This document shows, piece after piece, positions 18,122 through 27,982 of a DNA stretch of 32,000 nucleotides; within the stretch, counting starts at the first letter, position 1; each line of letters starts with the position of its first letter. A program made the translations under genes and the position numbers. Source of the stretch: an uncultured Chloroflexia bacterium. GTDB taxonomy: Bacteria > Chloroflexota > Ktedonobacteria > Ktedonobacterales > JADMIN01. The notes under the pieces were generated by a model, which did not search any database, was not told where the DNA came from, and worked only from the letters and a program-made list of their open reading frames with translations. The DNA is taken from contig CAVRAI010000007.1 of NCBI GenBank assembly GCA_963718915.1, forward strand, positions 210,001 to 242,000, written 5' to 3'.

Positions 18122-18148
18122 ATCCCTCCCCAACCGCTGGGGAGGGAT
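18122..18148. terminator. Perfect 11-bp stem / 5-nt loop hairpin between convergent genes (candidate bidirectional terminator)
   Basis: atccctcccca-accgc-tggggagggat was read directly. It sits 26 nt after the aquaporin stop and 44 nt after the protease stop. The flanks are only weakly T-rich. Confidence 0.55.
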
Positions 18149-18191
18149 CGCTGTCTTCATCGTTCATCGCCCTGGATAGTTGCGGACGATT

Positions 18192-19913
18192 TTAGTGGAC
18201 TGGCGCGCCACAGACCGGACAGAACTGCGCTGTGAGGTCGTTGACCGCGTGACCGTTGGCGCAGAAGCGGGTCGCGGCGGCTGGTTGACCGGGCTGCTGT
18301 GGCTGCGGCTGCGGCTGTGGCTGCGGAGTGGGCGCTGACTCGACGGGCGGCGGCGGCTGCGAAGGTGGTGGCGTGCCGTACACCTGCTGCTGTGGTGGCG
18401 GATATGCCTGTGGCTGCGGCGTCGCGACGGGAGGCGCGCCATAGGGGGCTGCGCCGCCGGGTAGCGTCGGGGCATAGGGCGTGCCGGGCTGTGGCGTCTG
18501 AGGATAGACGCCGGGCGGTGTCGGCTGGCCGTACATATTTGGCGTCGCGCCATAGCCCACGGCCATCGCTGGCTGTGGCTGGTTCTGCCTGCCCCGGCGC
18601 ACCAGCATGAAGACGAGCACGGCAAGGATGGCCATCAGTACGAGCAGGCCACCACAGATACCCGCGATCAGGCCAGCGCCTGGCCCAGGGGACGGGCATT
18701 CAGCGGCGGTCGCTTTGCTCTGCGCCTCGGTCAGGAATGTGCTTACCCCACCGAACGCGGGATAGTTGCTCTTCAGGCTCGTCAGGTCGCGCTTAGCGTT
18801 GGTGAAGTGGCATGGCCCCGTCGCGTCATACTCGGTGATCGCTTTGGTCCAGGCGGACATAAACGCGCCGCCAGTGGTCGCGCCCGACTGGCGCACATAT
18901 TGGGCGGCGACATCACTGGGAATGAGGTAGACGACACGGGTATCTTCCTGGCCGTTCTGCACGGCGATAGCGTCCACAACGCCGACGATGCGGCCCTGCG
19001 TATCGATAACTGGGCCACCGCTCGACCCGTGGTTGGCCAGGCCGTTCGTCTCGTAGACCGGCGTGCCATCGGCGAAGGTCTTCTGGCTCGTCACCTGAGC
19101 GGTGTTGACCGAGGCGGTCAGCAGCGAATTGGCGGTGTTGACGTTACCGCCGCTCGTCGGCGAGAGCAGCGCCGTGAAGTCGCCGGTATCGGCGTCGGCG
19201 GGATAGGCGACCGCGGTGATCGTGTCTTGCAGGTGAACGCTGTTGGCTGGGGCCAGTTGCAGGTAAGGCATATCTTTGGCCTCAACCTTGACGATGGCCA
19301 CATCCTGCTTATCCACCGGCGAGTTGGAGACGATGCGGGTGATGTCATAGCTGGTTACGCCAGCGGGATTCGTCAGCGTTCCGGTGTAGGCCGTGGACAG
19401 GAAGACTTTCTGAGACATGACCTGTGTAGGGATTCTGATCAGGTCTTCGTTGACGAGCTGAAGGAAGAGTGTCTGCGCGTCTGCCTGGCTGTAGCCTGAG
19501 ACCTGAGCGAACTCGGCGACCGCCTCGTTGAAGAAGTCAAGGGTGATCTGGTCGTTGTTGGCATAGTCGACCACATGATCGGCGGTCAGCACATAGCCAT
19601 CGCTGCTGATGAACGCGCCAGAGCCAGTGAACGCGAGGCCATACGTGCCGCCGTCGAGGGGGAATGTGACATCGGCGCCAGAGTTACAGCCTTTGCAGAC
19701 GACCTGGCCATCCACCTCCGAAACAATGCGCACGACCGCCGGGCTGGCCAGATTCACCCCGTGGAGGTTCGCGCTATCGGCGGGTGCGGTCTGTGTCGTC
19801 GGCTGTGCCCCGGCAACCGGGGCAAATGCCAGCAGGGATGCGAGCGCCATTGCCAGCAATGCGGCCAACATGGGAACAGATGCCCCCCACGCCGCACGAC
19901 GCCTGTTGAACAT
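18192..19913 (-). CDS. Membrane-anchored trypsin-like (S1/HtrA-like) serine protease with cytoplasmic Pro/Gln-rich tail and C-terminal zinc ribbon
   Basis: The signal peptide is MFNRRRAAWGASVPMLAALLAMALASLLAFAPVAGA. Catalytic triad contexts are GYVLTADHVV, DVAIVKV and GSSGGPVID. A TM helix (GLIAGICGGLLVLMAILAVLVFMLV) is followed by RRGR. A Pro-rich region of about 110 aa comes next, then CANGHAVNDLTAQFCPVCGAPV (CxxH...CxxC). The start ATG (complement of 19911..19913) follows AAGGAG. Confidence 0.85.
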   Translation of the reverse strand: MFNRRRAAWGASVPMLAALLAMALASLLAFAPVAGAQPTTQTAPADSANLHGVNLASPAVVRIVSEVDGQVVCKGCNSGADVTFPLDGGTYGLAFTGSGAFISSDGYVLTADHVVDYANNDQITLDFFNEAVAEFAQVSGYSQADAQTLFLQLVNEDLIRIPTQVMSQKVFLSTAYTGTLTNPAGVTSYDITRIVSNSPVDKQDVAIVKVEAKDMPYLQLAPANSVHLQDTITAVAYPADADTGDFTALLSPTSGGNVNTANSLLTASVNTAQVTSQKTFADGTPVYETNGLANHGSSGGPVIDTQGRIVGVVDAIAVQNGQEDTRVVYLIPSDVAAQYVRQSGATTGGAFMSAWTKAITEYDATGPCHFTNAKRDLTSLKSNYPAFGGVSTFLTEAQSKATAAECPSPGPGAGLIAGICGGLLVLMAILAVLVFMLVRRGRQNQPQPAMAVGYGATPNMYGQPTPPGVYPQTPQPGTPYAPTLPGGAAPYGAPPVATPQPQAYPPPQQQVYGTPPPSQPPPPVESAPTPQPQPQPQPQQPGQPAAATRFCANGHAVNDLTAQFCPVCGAPVH

Positions 19914-20349
19914 GGTCCAAGACTCCTTTGACTGGGCGCATCGATCTTCGCGGTGGGAATTGTCCTCCGCCGATGTGGTAGCCACGGCGCCATATACGTC
20001 TGGCACTATACGACAAACATTCGGTATTGTGCGAGGCCATCTTGGTCGCGCTGTGACGTATATGAACGTGGATGCCTGAATCGGCGTCGCATACGGACGC
20101 TGGCAGGCGAGATACCTGATGCCAGTCTATTCGCGCGCCGTCACGCATGCGTGACGACGGCCGTTACGAGACGGTGTTGAGAGGATAATTAAGCGGGGGT
20201 GCGTAGCGGTTCACCAGAGCGAGGCTGATTGAGCGTGAGAGAAGAGTCTGAATTCATGCGACAGGTGACGCCATGCCCTCCGCGTGCGCGGAAATGGGAT
20301 AGCGTCGCCCGGCGTCATAATCGTTTGGGGTATAGCGCGCTTGCCTGTG

Positions 20350-21702
20350 TTACATGTTGCGCAGTTCCGGCTGGAACAGGCCATACAGGATCGCCACGAA
20401 GAGCAGCGCACCGGTAATGACGAAGAGTATCTCCGGCCCCAGGCGATCCACCACCACGCCGCCGACCGCGACCGAGATGGGATACAGCCCGAAATTGGCG
20501 AACCCGAATGCGCCCATGATGCGTCCCATCAGCGAGCGCGGCAGCTTCTGCTGAAGCAGTGTGACAAGAAGCACATTGCTCATCGAGTTGAAGATTCCCC
20601 ACCCGGCTAAAGCGATTGCCGCGCCGGTCAGTCCGCCTGTAAACGGGGTAACGGCGACCAATACTCCCTGCACTAGACTGAAGATGAGCGCAAGCAACGC
20701 ACGGCGCGGCAGCTTGCCCATGGTGGCGCCTATCAGGGTTCCGGTCAGCGCGCCCGCGCCAAATGCGGAGATCATCAGGCCGAAGCCAGTGGCGCCCGCG
20801 TGGAACGGACCGTGGGCCAGATCGGGCAGCGCAACCTCGACTAGCCCGCCAAAGGCCAGGTTGGCGACAATCGAGACGGCAAGCCCGGTCTGGAGCAGCC
20901 GCGAGCTACGCAGCAGCGCCCAGAATGTTTTCGGCTCGTCCTCGGCGGATTCCTCCCGCATCTCTGCGGTGGGCGCCTCCACGAGCGCGGCCTCCGCGAC
21001 GGCGGCTGAACCCTTAGGCGCGCGTTTGCCACGCATCGCCGCCAGCGCGATGGCAGAGACGACGAAGGTTCCGGCGTCGATGAGGAAGGCGATTCCTGAG
21101 CGGACGGAGGCGACGACGATGCCGCCGACACCTGGCCCCACCAGGGTCGAGACCTGGACGGTCGCCATATTGATGGCGTTGCCCGCCTGGAGATCATCGT
21201 CTGACATAATACTGGGCAAAATCGCCATCGAGGCGGGCAGGAAAAGCCCCTCGAATGCGCCCAGTGGCGCGGCAATGGCGCAGAGTATCCAGAGCGTGTG
21301 CATGTCGAGGAGGACAATGGCCGCCAGCCCACCCACCAGCAGTGCGCGCGCGATATCGGCCACCAGCATCATGCGGCGCGGCTGCATGCGGTCACTCAGC
21401 GAGCCACCGAGCAGGACAAAGCCCGCGCGGGGAATGCCATAGGCGGCGAGCACGATACCCAAATCGCGGGCCGTGCCCCCGCTGGAGAGGACAAACCACG
21501 GCAGCGCCACCGCATAGAACATGTCGCCGATGGTCGAGACCATCTGGCCCGCGAGCAGCAGCCTGAAATTGCGAAGACGCAACGGGCCAGCGCGCAATCC
21601 GCGCCGAGGGCGGGGAGAAACGGGTGCGCGGTCGGGCTGGTTTGCCGCCGCGCCCGCGTCGAGAGCGCCAGTATCCGGGGAAGTATCCATCGAGAGCGAC
21701 AC
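20350..21702 (-). CDS. Major facilitator superfamily transporter (MFS_3/EntS-like efflux type)
   Basis: About 12 hydrophobic segments. The N-terminal motif LRNFRLLLAGQMVSTIGDMFYAVALPWFVL is typical of this MFS subgroup. A central loop is charged. Confidence 0.8.
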   Translation of the reverse strand: MSLSMDTSPDTGALDAGAAANQPDRAPVSPRPRRGLRAGPLRLRNFRLLLAGQMVSTIGDMFYAVALPWFVLSSGGTARDLGIVLAAYGIPRAGFVLLGGSLSDRMQPRRMMLVADIARALLVGGLAAIVLLDMHTLWILCAIAAPLGAFEGLFLPASMAILPSIMSDDDLQAGNAINMATVQVSTLVGPGVGGIVVASVRSGIAFLIDAGTFVVSAIALAAMRGKRAPKGSAAVAEAALVEAPTAEMREESAEDEPKTFWALLRSSRLLQTGLAVSIVANLAFGGLVEVALPDLAHGPFHAGATGFGLMISAFGAGALTGTLIGATMGKLPRRALLALIFSLVQGVLVAVTPFTGGLTGAAIALAGWGIFNSMSNVLLVTLLQQKLPRSLMGRIMGAFGFANFGLYPISVAVGGVVVDRLGPEILFVITGALLFVAILYGLFQPELRNM

Positions 21703-22397
21703 AGGAATGCTCCTCTTTCATATCTCTGCGCCATCATGACGCCATCATGGTCGTCGGCGTTGCGTTGGGTGGGCGCCGAAGACGTAAGAGCAGCCAACGC
21801 GCGCGTCGGCTCTGCAATCTTATAACATATGACTGAAATAAAATCAATATCGATATCAATTTTTGTAATATTTTTACGCTGCGCCATCGACTCAACACTG
21901 TGAGCAGCCCTCTCACAATTCGGCGATGAGGCAGGCGATAGTGTGATATACTGAACACGTTGTACATTTGTTCTTGTGTTCTCGAGGCACGGCGCTCCTC
22001 GGTTCATTGGCGCCGAGTTTTCGACGAATTTCACGGAAGCCGACTATCTGCTCAATCCATGATGAGATGCCGCCTCAGGCGTGTGTCGCCAGTGTGTCAG
22101 TTTGCTATACTTTCTGACCGTACTCTTGACATCTGGCGCCTTCTCCCCGTATCTCGTAGATTTGTATGTGTTTCATCGCAGGAGAAAGAAACAGAAGCAC
22201 TGAAGTGTCGTAGCAAGGTCTTGCGGCGATGTGACATACTGGTGCGCGCGACACTGTGGATGACATGGGCGCGACCGGTGCGCCACACTCATCGCAGTGT
22301 GCGCGACGTTCCGCACAGCTAACGTTAAAGAATTATTCGACAGGATACGTCCATTCAAATGGCATAGCGTGTAGGTATCGTAAAGGTGGAAATCAGC

Positions 22398-24770
22398 ATG
22401 GCGAAGAACCTGGTGATTGTGGAGTCACCCGCCAAGGCAAAGACGATAGAGAAATTTCTTGGCGACGATTTTGAGGTGCGCGCCTCGATGGGGCACATCA
22501 TCGACCTGCCGCGCAAGGGGCTGGGCGTTGATACCCGGCGCGACTTCCAGCCGAAGTACGTCATCATCGAAAAGAAAGAACATCTGCTGGCGGAACTCAA
22601 AAAGGCCAGTCGCGCCGCGCAGACGGTCTATCTCGCTCCCGACCCCGACCGCGAGGGCGAGTTCATCGCCTGGTCGCTCAAGGAGATGCTTGGCCTGCGC
22701 AAGCCGCGCCGCGCCGTCTTCAACGAGATTACGCGCCGCGCCGTGCAGGATGCGATAGCCCAGACCCGCGATATCGACGAGGATCTCTTCAACGCGCAGC
22801 AGGCGCGCCGGGTACTCGACCGCCTGGTGGGCTACAAGATCAGTCCGTTGCTCTGGCGGCGCGTGCAGTCGGGCACCAGCGCCGGGCGGGTGCAGTCGGC
22901 GGCGCTCCGTATCATCTGTGACCGCGAGGCCGAGATTCGCGCGTTCGTCCCTGAGGAGTACTGGACGATTGCGGCGACGCTGAGCAAGGCGAAGGAGCGC
23001 GAGACCTTCACTGCGATGTTGATTGGCCGCCAGGGGTCGAAGGAGGTCGCCGAGAGCGACGCCGAGACCGAGGGCAACGAGACGCAGCAGAACAGCCAGA
23101 ATAGCCAGAACGACCAGAACGGTCGCGCGGGCCGCATTCGCATCGAGTCAAAAGAGCAGTCTGATGCTATTCTGCGCGAGCTGGAAGGCGCCGCCTACAC
23201 GGTGCTCAGTGTGCGCCAGCGCGACGTGCGCCGCCAGCCGTTCCTGCCCTACACCACCAGCACGCTCCAGCAGGACGCTTCGGTGCGGCTGCGCTTCAAG
23301 CCGAAGAAGACGATGAGCGTGGCTCAGGGTCTCTATGAAGGCATCGAGTTGGGCGACGCCGGGCATCAGGGCCTCATCACCTACATGCGCACCGACTCGA
23401 CCCGCATCTCTGAGGAGGCGCAGGCAGCCGTACGCCAGTATATTGATGGGACGTTTGGCACGCAGTACATCGGCCCAGGGCGCACGAGCCGCGCCAAGGC
23501 GAGCAACGCCAATGTGCAGGACGCCCACGAGGCGATCCGCCCGACCGATGTCACACTCACGCCGGACCGCGTCAAGCATTATCTGACGGGCGACCAGTTC
23601 AAGCTCTACGAGTTGATCTGGCGGCGATTCGTCGCGGCGTTTATGGCGCCGGCCGTCTTCGATACGCTGCGGGTGGATATCGCGGCGGCGAGCTTCCTCT
23701 TCCGCACCAACGGCACGACGCTCAAGTTCCCCGGCTTCTACGCGGTCTGGCCGCGCGAGCAGGAGGGCACGACGCTGCCCGCGCTGCGTGAGCGCGACGC
23801 GCTCGAGCTGCATAAGATCGCCTCGGATCAGCACTTCACCCAGCCGCCGCCACGCTTCACCGAGGCCAGCCTGATTAAAGACCTGGAGGAGCGCGGCATC
23901 GGTCGCCCCAGCACCTTTGTCAGCATCGTCAGCACGATTCAGGACCGCGGCTATGTCGAGCAGCAGGAGCGCCGCTTCGTGCCGACCTGGCTGGGCGAGA
24001 CGGTCAACGAGTTGATGGTCAAGCATTTCCCGGAGATCGTGGACACCAACTTCACGGCGGATATGGAGCGTCGTCTCGATGGCGTCGAGGAGGGCAAGCA
24101 GGGCTGGACGGAGTTCCTCAAGGACTTCTATGCCGCGCTGCGTGGCCAGCTCGAAAAGGCTGAATCCGAGATGGATCGCGTGCAGAAGCCAGTTGAGGAG
24201 GCGAACGAGGCATGCCCACAATGTGGCAAGCCGCTGCTGATTCGCAACGGGCGGTTTGGGCGCTTCATCTCGTGCTCGGGCTACCCGGAGTGCGACTTCA
24301 AGAAGCCGCTGGTGGCGAAGACGGGCGCGCACTGTCCGAAGGATGGCGGCGATATCGTGGAGCGGCGCGCCAAGCGTACCGGCAAGGTGTTTTATGGCTG
24401 CGCGAACTTCCCGGCGTGCGATTTCGTCGCCTGGGATCGCCCGCTGGCGACGCCCTGCCCCGAATGTGGCGGGCTGCTGACGCTGGCCAACGGCAAGACC
24501 GAGGCGCACTGTGGCACGTGTGGCGCGCTGGTGGCTGGCGCGCAGGAGGGTACGCCAGAGGTGGTTGGCCATCGCGCTCCCGCGCCGGAGCGCCCGCGTC
24601 GAGCGGCTGGCGAGACCGTTGCCCGTAAAACGACGGCTCGTAAGACGACCACGCGCAAAGCAGCCAGCACAGTTCGCAAAACCACCACGGCGCGCAAGAC
24701 GACGGGCGCTAGCCGGGCGACCACCACCACTCGCTCCAGCCGCGCCACCCGGCAGCCAGCGGCTTCCTGA
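22398..24770 (+). CDS. topA: DNA topoisomerase I (type IA) with three C4 zinc ribbons and a basic Thr/Arg/Lys repeat tail
   Basis: The TOPRIM N-terminus is MAKNLVIVESPAKAKTIEKFLG...LAPDPDREGE. The active-site region is ITYMRTDS. Zinc ribbons include CPQCGKPL...CSGYPEC, CPKDGG...CANFPAC and CPECGG...CGTCG. The start ATG at 22398 is preceded by AAGGTGGA; the track's 22386 GTG is less likely. Confidence 0.93.
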   Translation: MAKNLVIVESPAKAKTIEKFLGDDFEVRASMGHIIDLPRKGLGVDTRRDFQPKYVIIEKKEHLLAELKKASRAAQTVYLAPDPDREGEFIAWSLKEMLGLRKPRRAVFNEITRRAVQDAIAQTRDIDEDLFNAQQARRVLDRLVGYKISPLLWRRVQSGTSAGRVQSAALRIICDREAEIRAFVPEEYWTIAATLSKAKERETFTAMLIGRQGSKEVAESDAETEGNETQQNSQNSQNDQNGRAGRIRIESKEQSDAILRELEGAAYTVLSVRQRDVRRQPFLPYTTSTLQQDASVRLRFKPKKTMSVAQGLYEGIELGDAGHQGLITYMRTDSTRISEEAQAAVRQYIDGTFGTQYIGPGRTSRAKASNANVQDAHEAIRPTDVTLTPDRVKHYLTGDQFKLYELIWRRFVAAFMAPAVFDTLRVDIAAASFLFRTNGTTLKFPGFYAVWPREQEGTTLPALRERDALELHKIASDQHFTQPPPRFTEASLIKDLEERGIGRPSTFVSIVSTIQDRGYVEQQERRFVPTWLGETVNELMVKHFPEIVDTNFTADMERRLDGVEEGKQGWTEFLKDFYAALRGQLEKAESEMDRVQKPVEEANEACPQCGKPLLIRNGRFGRFISCSGYPECDFKKPLVAKTGAHCPKDGGDIVERRAKRTGKVFYGCANFPACDFVAWDRPLATPCPECGGLLTLANGKTEAHCGTCGALVAGAQEGTPEVVGHRAPAPERPRRAAGETVARKTTARKTTTRKAASTVRKTTTARKTTGASRATTTTRSSRATRQPAAS

Positions 24771-24812
24771 GGCTGCGTTTGCATGCTGGTGAACGGCTTA
24801 AGCATACGATAT

Positions 24813-24837
24813 GACGCCTGGGTTTTCCCACGGCGTC
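24813..24837 (+). terminator. Candidate terminator hairpin downstream of topA
   Basis: gacgcc-tggg-ttttc-ccca-c-ggcgtc forms an imperfect stem and is followed by tctcgtt. Confidence 0.35.
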
Positions 24838-24958
24838 TCTCGTTGCGCTGGGCGTGGCAAATTATGCATACAAATTGGCGTTTTCAGCGTAGTATGTATA
24901 TGAGGGATATGCGAGGCGAGAGCGCCAGAGAGATACCAATAGAAATGACGGAAAATAC

Positions 24959-25582
24959 ATGACACAGCGCGTAACGGGTGAGATACACGCCACGACGATC
25001 CTGGCCGTGCGTCGTGGCACAGATGTCGCGATGGCGGGCGATGGGCAGGTGACGGTGGGCGATGTGGTGATGAAGCATACCGCGCGCAAGATTCGCCGCC
25101 TGTCGGGAGGCAAGGTGCTGGCGGGCTTCGCGGGATCCACCGCCGATGCGCTCAGCCTGTTCGACAAGTTCGAGGCGATGCTGGAGCGCTACCAGGGCAA
25201 CCTGCGCCGCGCCGCCGTCGAGCTGACCAAAGAGTGGCGCAAAGATAAGTTCCTGCGCCGGTTGGAGGCGATGTTGCTGGTGGCCAGCCGTGACGAACTG
25301 CTGGTGCTCACGGGTGACGGCGACGTGATCGAGCCGGATGAAGGGGTCGCGGCCATCGGCTCCGGCGGGGTCTACGCGCAGGCTGCCGCGCGCGCGCTGC
25401 TACAGCATACCGCGATGAGCGCCGAAGAGATCACCAGAGCCGCTATGGCGATTGCCGCCTCGATGTGCATCTATACCAATGATCACATTCTTTTCTTTAC
25501 TCTTGATGAGGAGGAATCCGCGGCCATCAACGAGAATGGCGCAAAGAAGACGAAGAAGAGTGTGGTAGCCCCGGCAGTCTAA
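24959..25582 (+). CDS. hslV: ATP-dependent protease HslVU, peptidase subunit (CodW-like N-terminus)
   Basis: Contains [11 protein letters not shown]...MAGDGQVT...[32 protein letters not shown]...AIGSGG. The 11-residue leader before Thr-Thr resembles the Bacillus CodW form. There is a C-terminal extension of about 25 aa. Confidence 0.9.
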   Translation: MTQRVTGEIHATTILAVRRGTDVAMAGDGQVTVGDVVMKHTARKIRRLSGGKVLAGFAGSTADALSLFDKFEAMLERYQGNLRRAAVELTKEWRKDKFLRRLEAMLLVASRDELLVLTGDGDVIEPDEGVAAIGSGGVYAQAAARALLQHTAMSAEEITRAAMAIAASMCIYTNDHILFFTLDEEESAAINENGAKKTKKSVVAPAV

Positions 25583-25620
25583 GGCCGGGAATGAGAGACC
25601 TTTCGTAGGCAGGAGATTGT

Positions 25621-27099
25621 ATGATGAAAGACCTGACTCCCCAGCAGATCGTTCGGGAGTTGGACCGCTACATAGTGGGACAAAACGCGGCGAAGCGTTC
25701 GGTTGCCATCGCGTTGCGCAATCGCTACCGCCGACTCCAGTTGCCTGCGGATCTGCAATCTGAAATCACTCCCAAGAATATCCTGATGATCGGCCCGACC
25801 GGCGTGGGCAAAACGGAGATTGCCCGGCGGCTCGCCAAACTGGCCGATGCGCCGTTCATCAAGGTGGAGGCGACCAAGTTTACCCAGGTTGGCTATGTTG
25901 GGCGCGATGTCGAGTCCATCATCCGCGACCTGATGGAGACCGCCATCGGCATGGTACATGAGGAGCGGGTCTCGGAGGTGCGCGAGCGCGCGACCCGGGC
26001 GGCGGAGAAGAAGATTCTCGATATCCTGACGGCCAGAGCGGCCGTCGACGATATGACCGATGTGTCGGTCGCGCCTGTCTCCTCGCGCGGCGCCAGCATC
26101 ACATCCTCTGGCTCTACTGGCTCTTCTGGCGCGCTAACCGCGACCTCGGCCTCGGCCTCGGCCTCGTCGAACAACGGCGCCAAGCCAAGCGCTTCTCCAG
26201 CGCGCCGCCGCAAACCGACACGCAAGTCGGTGGCGGAGCGTCTGGCCCGCAACGAGCTTGACGAGCAGATGATCGAGATCGAGCTTGAGCCGGAAGATGC
26301 TTTCCCCTCGGTCTTCGAGTTCATGGCGGGGTTCGCGGGCGACGAGGTTGGGGGCGACTTCCAGGAGATTCTCAGCGCGATGCCGAGCAGCAGCCGTCGC
26401 CGTTCGCGGCAGGTCTCCGTGAAGGATGCGCGGCGCTTGCTGACCCAGGAAGAGGCCAACAAGCTGGTGGATCTGGATGAAGTCATCGAAGAGGGCACCA
26501 AACGTGTCGAGCAGTCGGGTGTCGTCTTTCTCGATGAGATTGACAAGATCGCTGGCGTGAAGTCCGAGACCGGCCCGGATGTCTCCGGCGATGGTGTGCA
26601 GCGCGACCTGCTGCCCATCATCGAAGGCTCGACGGTCATGACCCGTTTCGGCCCGGTCAAGACCGACCATGTGCTCTGGATTACCGCGGGCGCCTTCCAC
26701 AACTCGAAGCCGTCTGACCTGATTCCCGAGCTGCAGGGTCGGTTGCCGCTCCGGGTGGAGCTGTCGTCGCTCACACAGGATGACTACGTGCGCATTCTGA
26801 CCCAGCCCGAAAACTCACTGGTTCGCCAGTTCCAGGCATTGCTTGGGGTCGAGGGGGTCAGCGTGGAGTTCACGCCCGACGGCCTGGAGGAGATCGCGCG
26901 CTGCGCCACGACGATGAACGAGCGCGTCGAAAACATCGGCGCGCGGCGGCTGCATACCATCACTGAGCGCGTGCTGGAGGACGTCTCGTTCAACGCGCCC
27001 GCGCTTTCCGGGGAAACGGTGACGGTGGACGCTGCCTTCGTGGACGCGCGTCTGGGCGAATTGCTCAAAGACGAGGATCTGAGCCGCTACATTCTGTAG
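25621..27099 (+). CDS. hslU: ATP-dependent protease HslVU, ATPase subunit
   Basis: Contains [34 protein letters not shown], the Walker A motif [17 protein letters not shown], the Walker B motif [10 protein letters not shown], and GARRLHTI. The I-domain is long and Ser/Ala-rich. AGGAGA lies upstream of the start. Confidence 0.93.
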   Translation: MMKDLTPQQIVRELDRYIVGQNAAKRSVAIALRNRYRRLQLPADLQSEITPKNILMIGPTGVGKTEIARRLAKLADAPFIKVEATKFTQVGYVGRDVESIIRDLMETAIGMVHEERVSEVRERATRAAEKKILDILTARAAVDDMTDVSVAPVSSRGASITSSGSTGSSGALTATSASASASSNNGAKPSASPARRRKPTRKSVAERLARNELDEQMIEIELEPEDAFPSVFEFMAGFAGDEVGGDFQEILSAMPSSSRRRSRQVSVKDARRLLTQEEANKLVDLDEVIEEGTKRVEQSGVVFLDEIDKIAGVKSETGPDVSGDGVQRDLLPIIEGSTVMTRFGPVKTDHVLWITAGAFHNSKPSDLIPELQGRLPLRVELSSLTQDDYVRILTQPENSLVRQFQALLGVEGVSVEFTPDGLEEIARCATTMNERVENIGARRLHTITERVLEDVSFNAPALSGETVTVDAAFVDARLGELLKDEDLSRYIL

Positions 27100-27132
27100 A
27101 GCCGCGCTCGCACCAATTCCAATACTTCCCTA

Positions 27133-27163
27133 CAGGACTTCCGATCACCAGTCGGAAGTCCTG
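27133..27163 (+). terminator. Intrinsic-terminator-like hairpin after hslU
   Basis: Perfect 12-bp stem caggacttccga / tcggaagtcctg with the 7-nt loop tcaccag, followed by ctgttat. It lies 34 nt after the hslU stop. Confidence 0.65.
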
Positions 27164-27227
27164 CTGTTATACTCGTTCGGGTATATCGAAGCATTGCGCA
27201 TCGTGGAGTAATCGAGGAGTATTTGTA

Positions 27228-27776
27228 GTGACTGTTCCGCCTTCCTGGCAACAACCACCGAATGAACAACAGCCACCATGGCCTGGCTATGCGCCGCAAC
27301 CGCCAGCGTCGTATATGAGTAGCCGATGGGGACCATCGAGCAGCGGCATGGAGCCGAATACTGTAGCTGGCCTGTCATATCTCATTGGTCTCTTCGCGAT
27401 CATCTTTCTTTTCCTGGAGAAGCGGAATCACTTTGCGCGTTTCCACATCATTCAAGCATTGTTGCTCCGGGAAGTCTTCTTCATTCTAGGAGTGGTATGG
27501 GTCATCGCGTTCTACGCGATTGCTATTGCGTTGATCAGTTCACCCGGTGCCTATGACGGCACACCAGGATCTGCCATTGGGCCAGGAATCTCTCTGCTCT
27601 GCCTCTGTTACGGCGCCATCTTGCTAGCCGATTTGCTTGCGACGATTTGGGGGATAGTCGCTGGCTTCCGGGGACAGATGGTCAGGTTCCCAGGCATTGG
27701 CGATTTGGCCGAGCGCTGGGCTGGCGGGCCAGTCGTTCCGTTTACCGCGTCTGCGCCTCCGCAGCCAGTGAATTAA
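27228..27776 (+). CDS. DUF4870-like small integral membrane protein, paralogue 1
   Basis: The Pro/Gln-rich N-terminus is followed by GMEPNTVAGLSYLIGLFAIIFLFLEKRNHFARFHIIQALLL plus further TM segments, and then FPGIGDLAERWAGGPVVP. It has a GTG start with GAGGAG upstream. Confidence 0.75.
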   Translation: MTVPPSWQQPPNEQQPPWPGYAPQPPASYMSSRWGPSSSGMEPNTVAGLSYLIGLFAIIFLFLEKRNHFARFHIIQALLLREVFFILGVVWVIAFYAIAIALISSPGAYDGTPGSAIGPGISLLCLCYGAILLADLLATIWGIVAGFRGQMVRFPGIGDLAERWAGGPVVPFTASAPPQPVN

Positions 27777-27982
27777 CGCAGCCCGCAGTGCAGTCGCCCG
27801 CCTCATCACTCCCAGCGCGACAATACTTCTTCACGGACTCCCGGTCGGTGGCCGCGGGATTGCTGTATAGTGGGGTGTGTCAGAGAGTTTGGCGGAATCA
27901 GACGACGTGACGTAACGAGTGCGCGATATAGTCTTTGGGCACGATTCGCAAAGGATCGCTCTGGGCAGAAAGGGACGTCATT

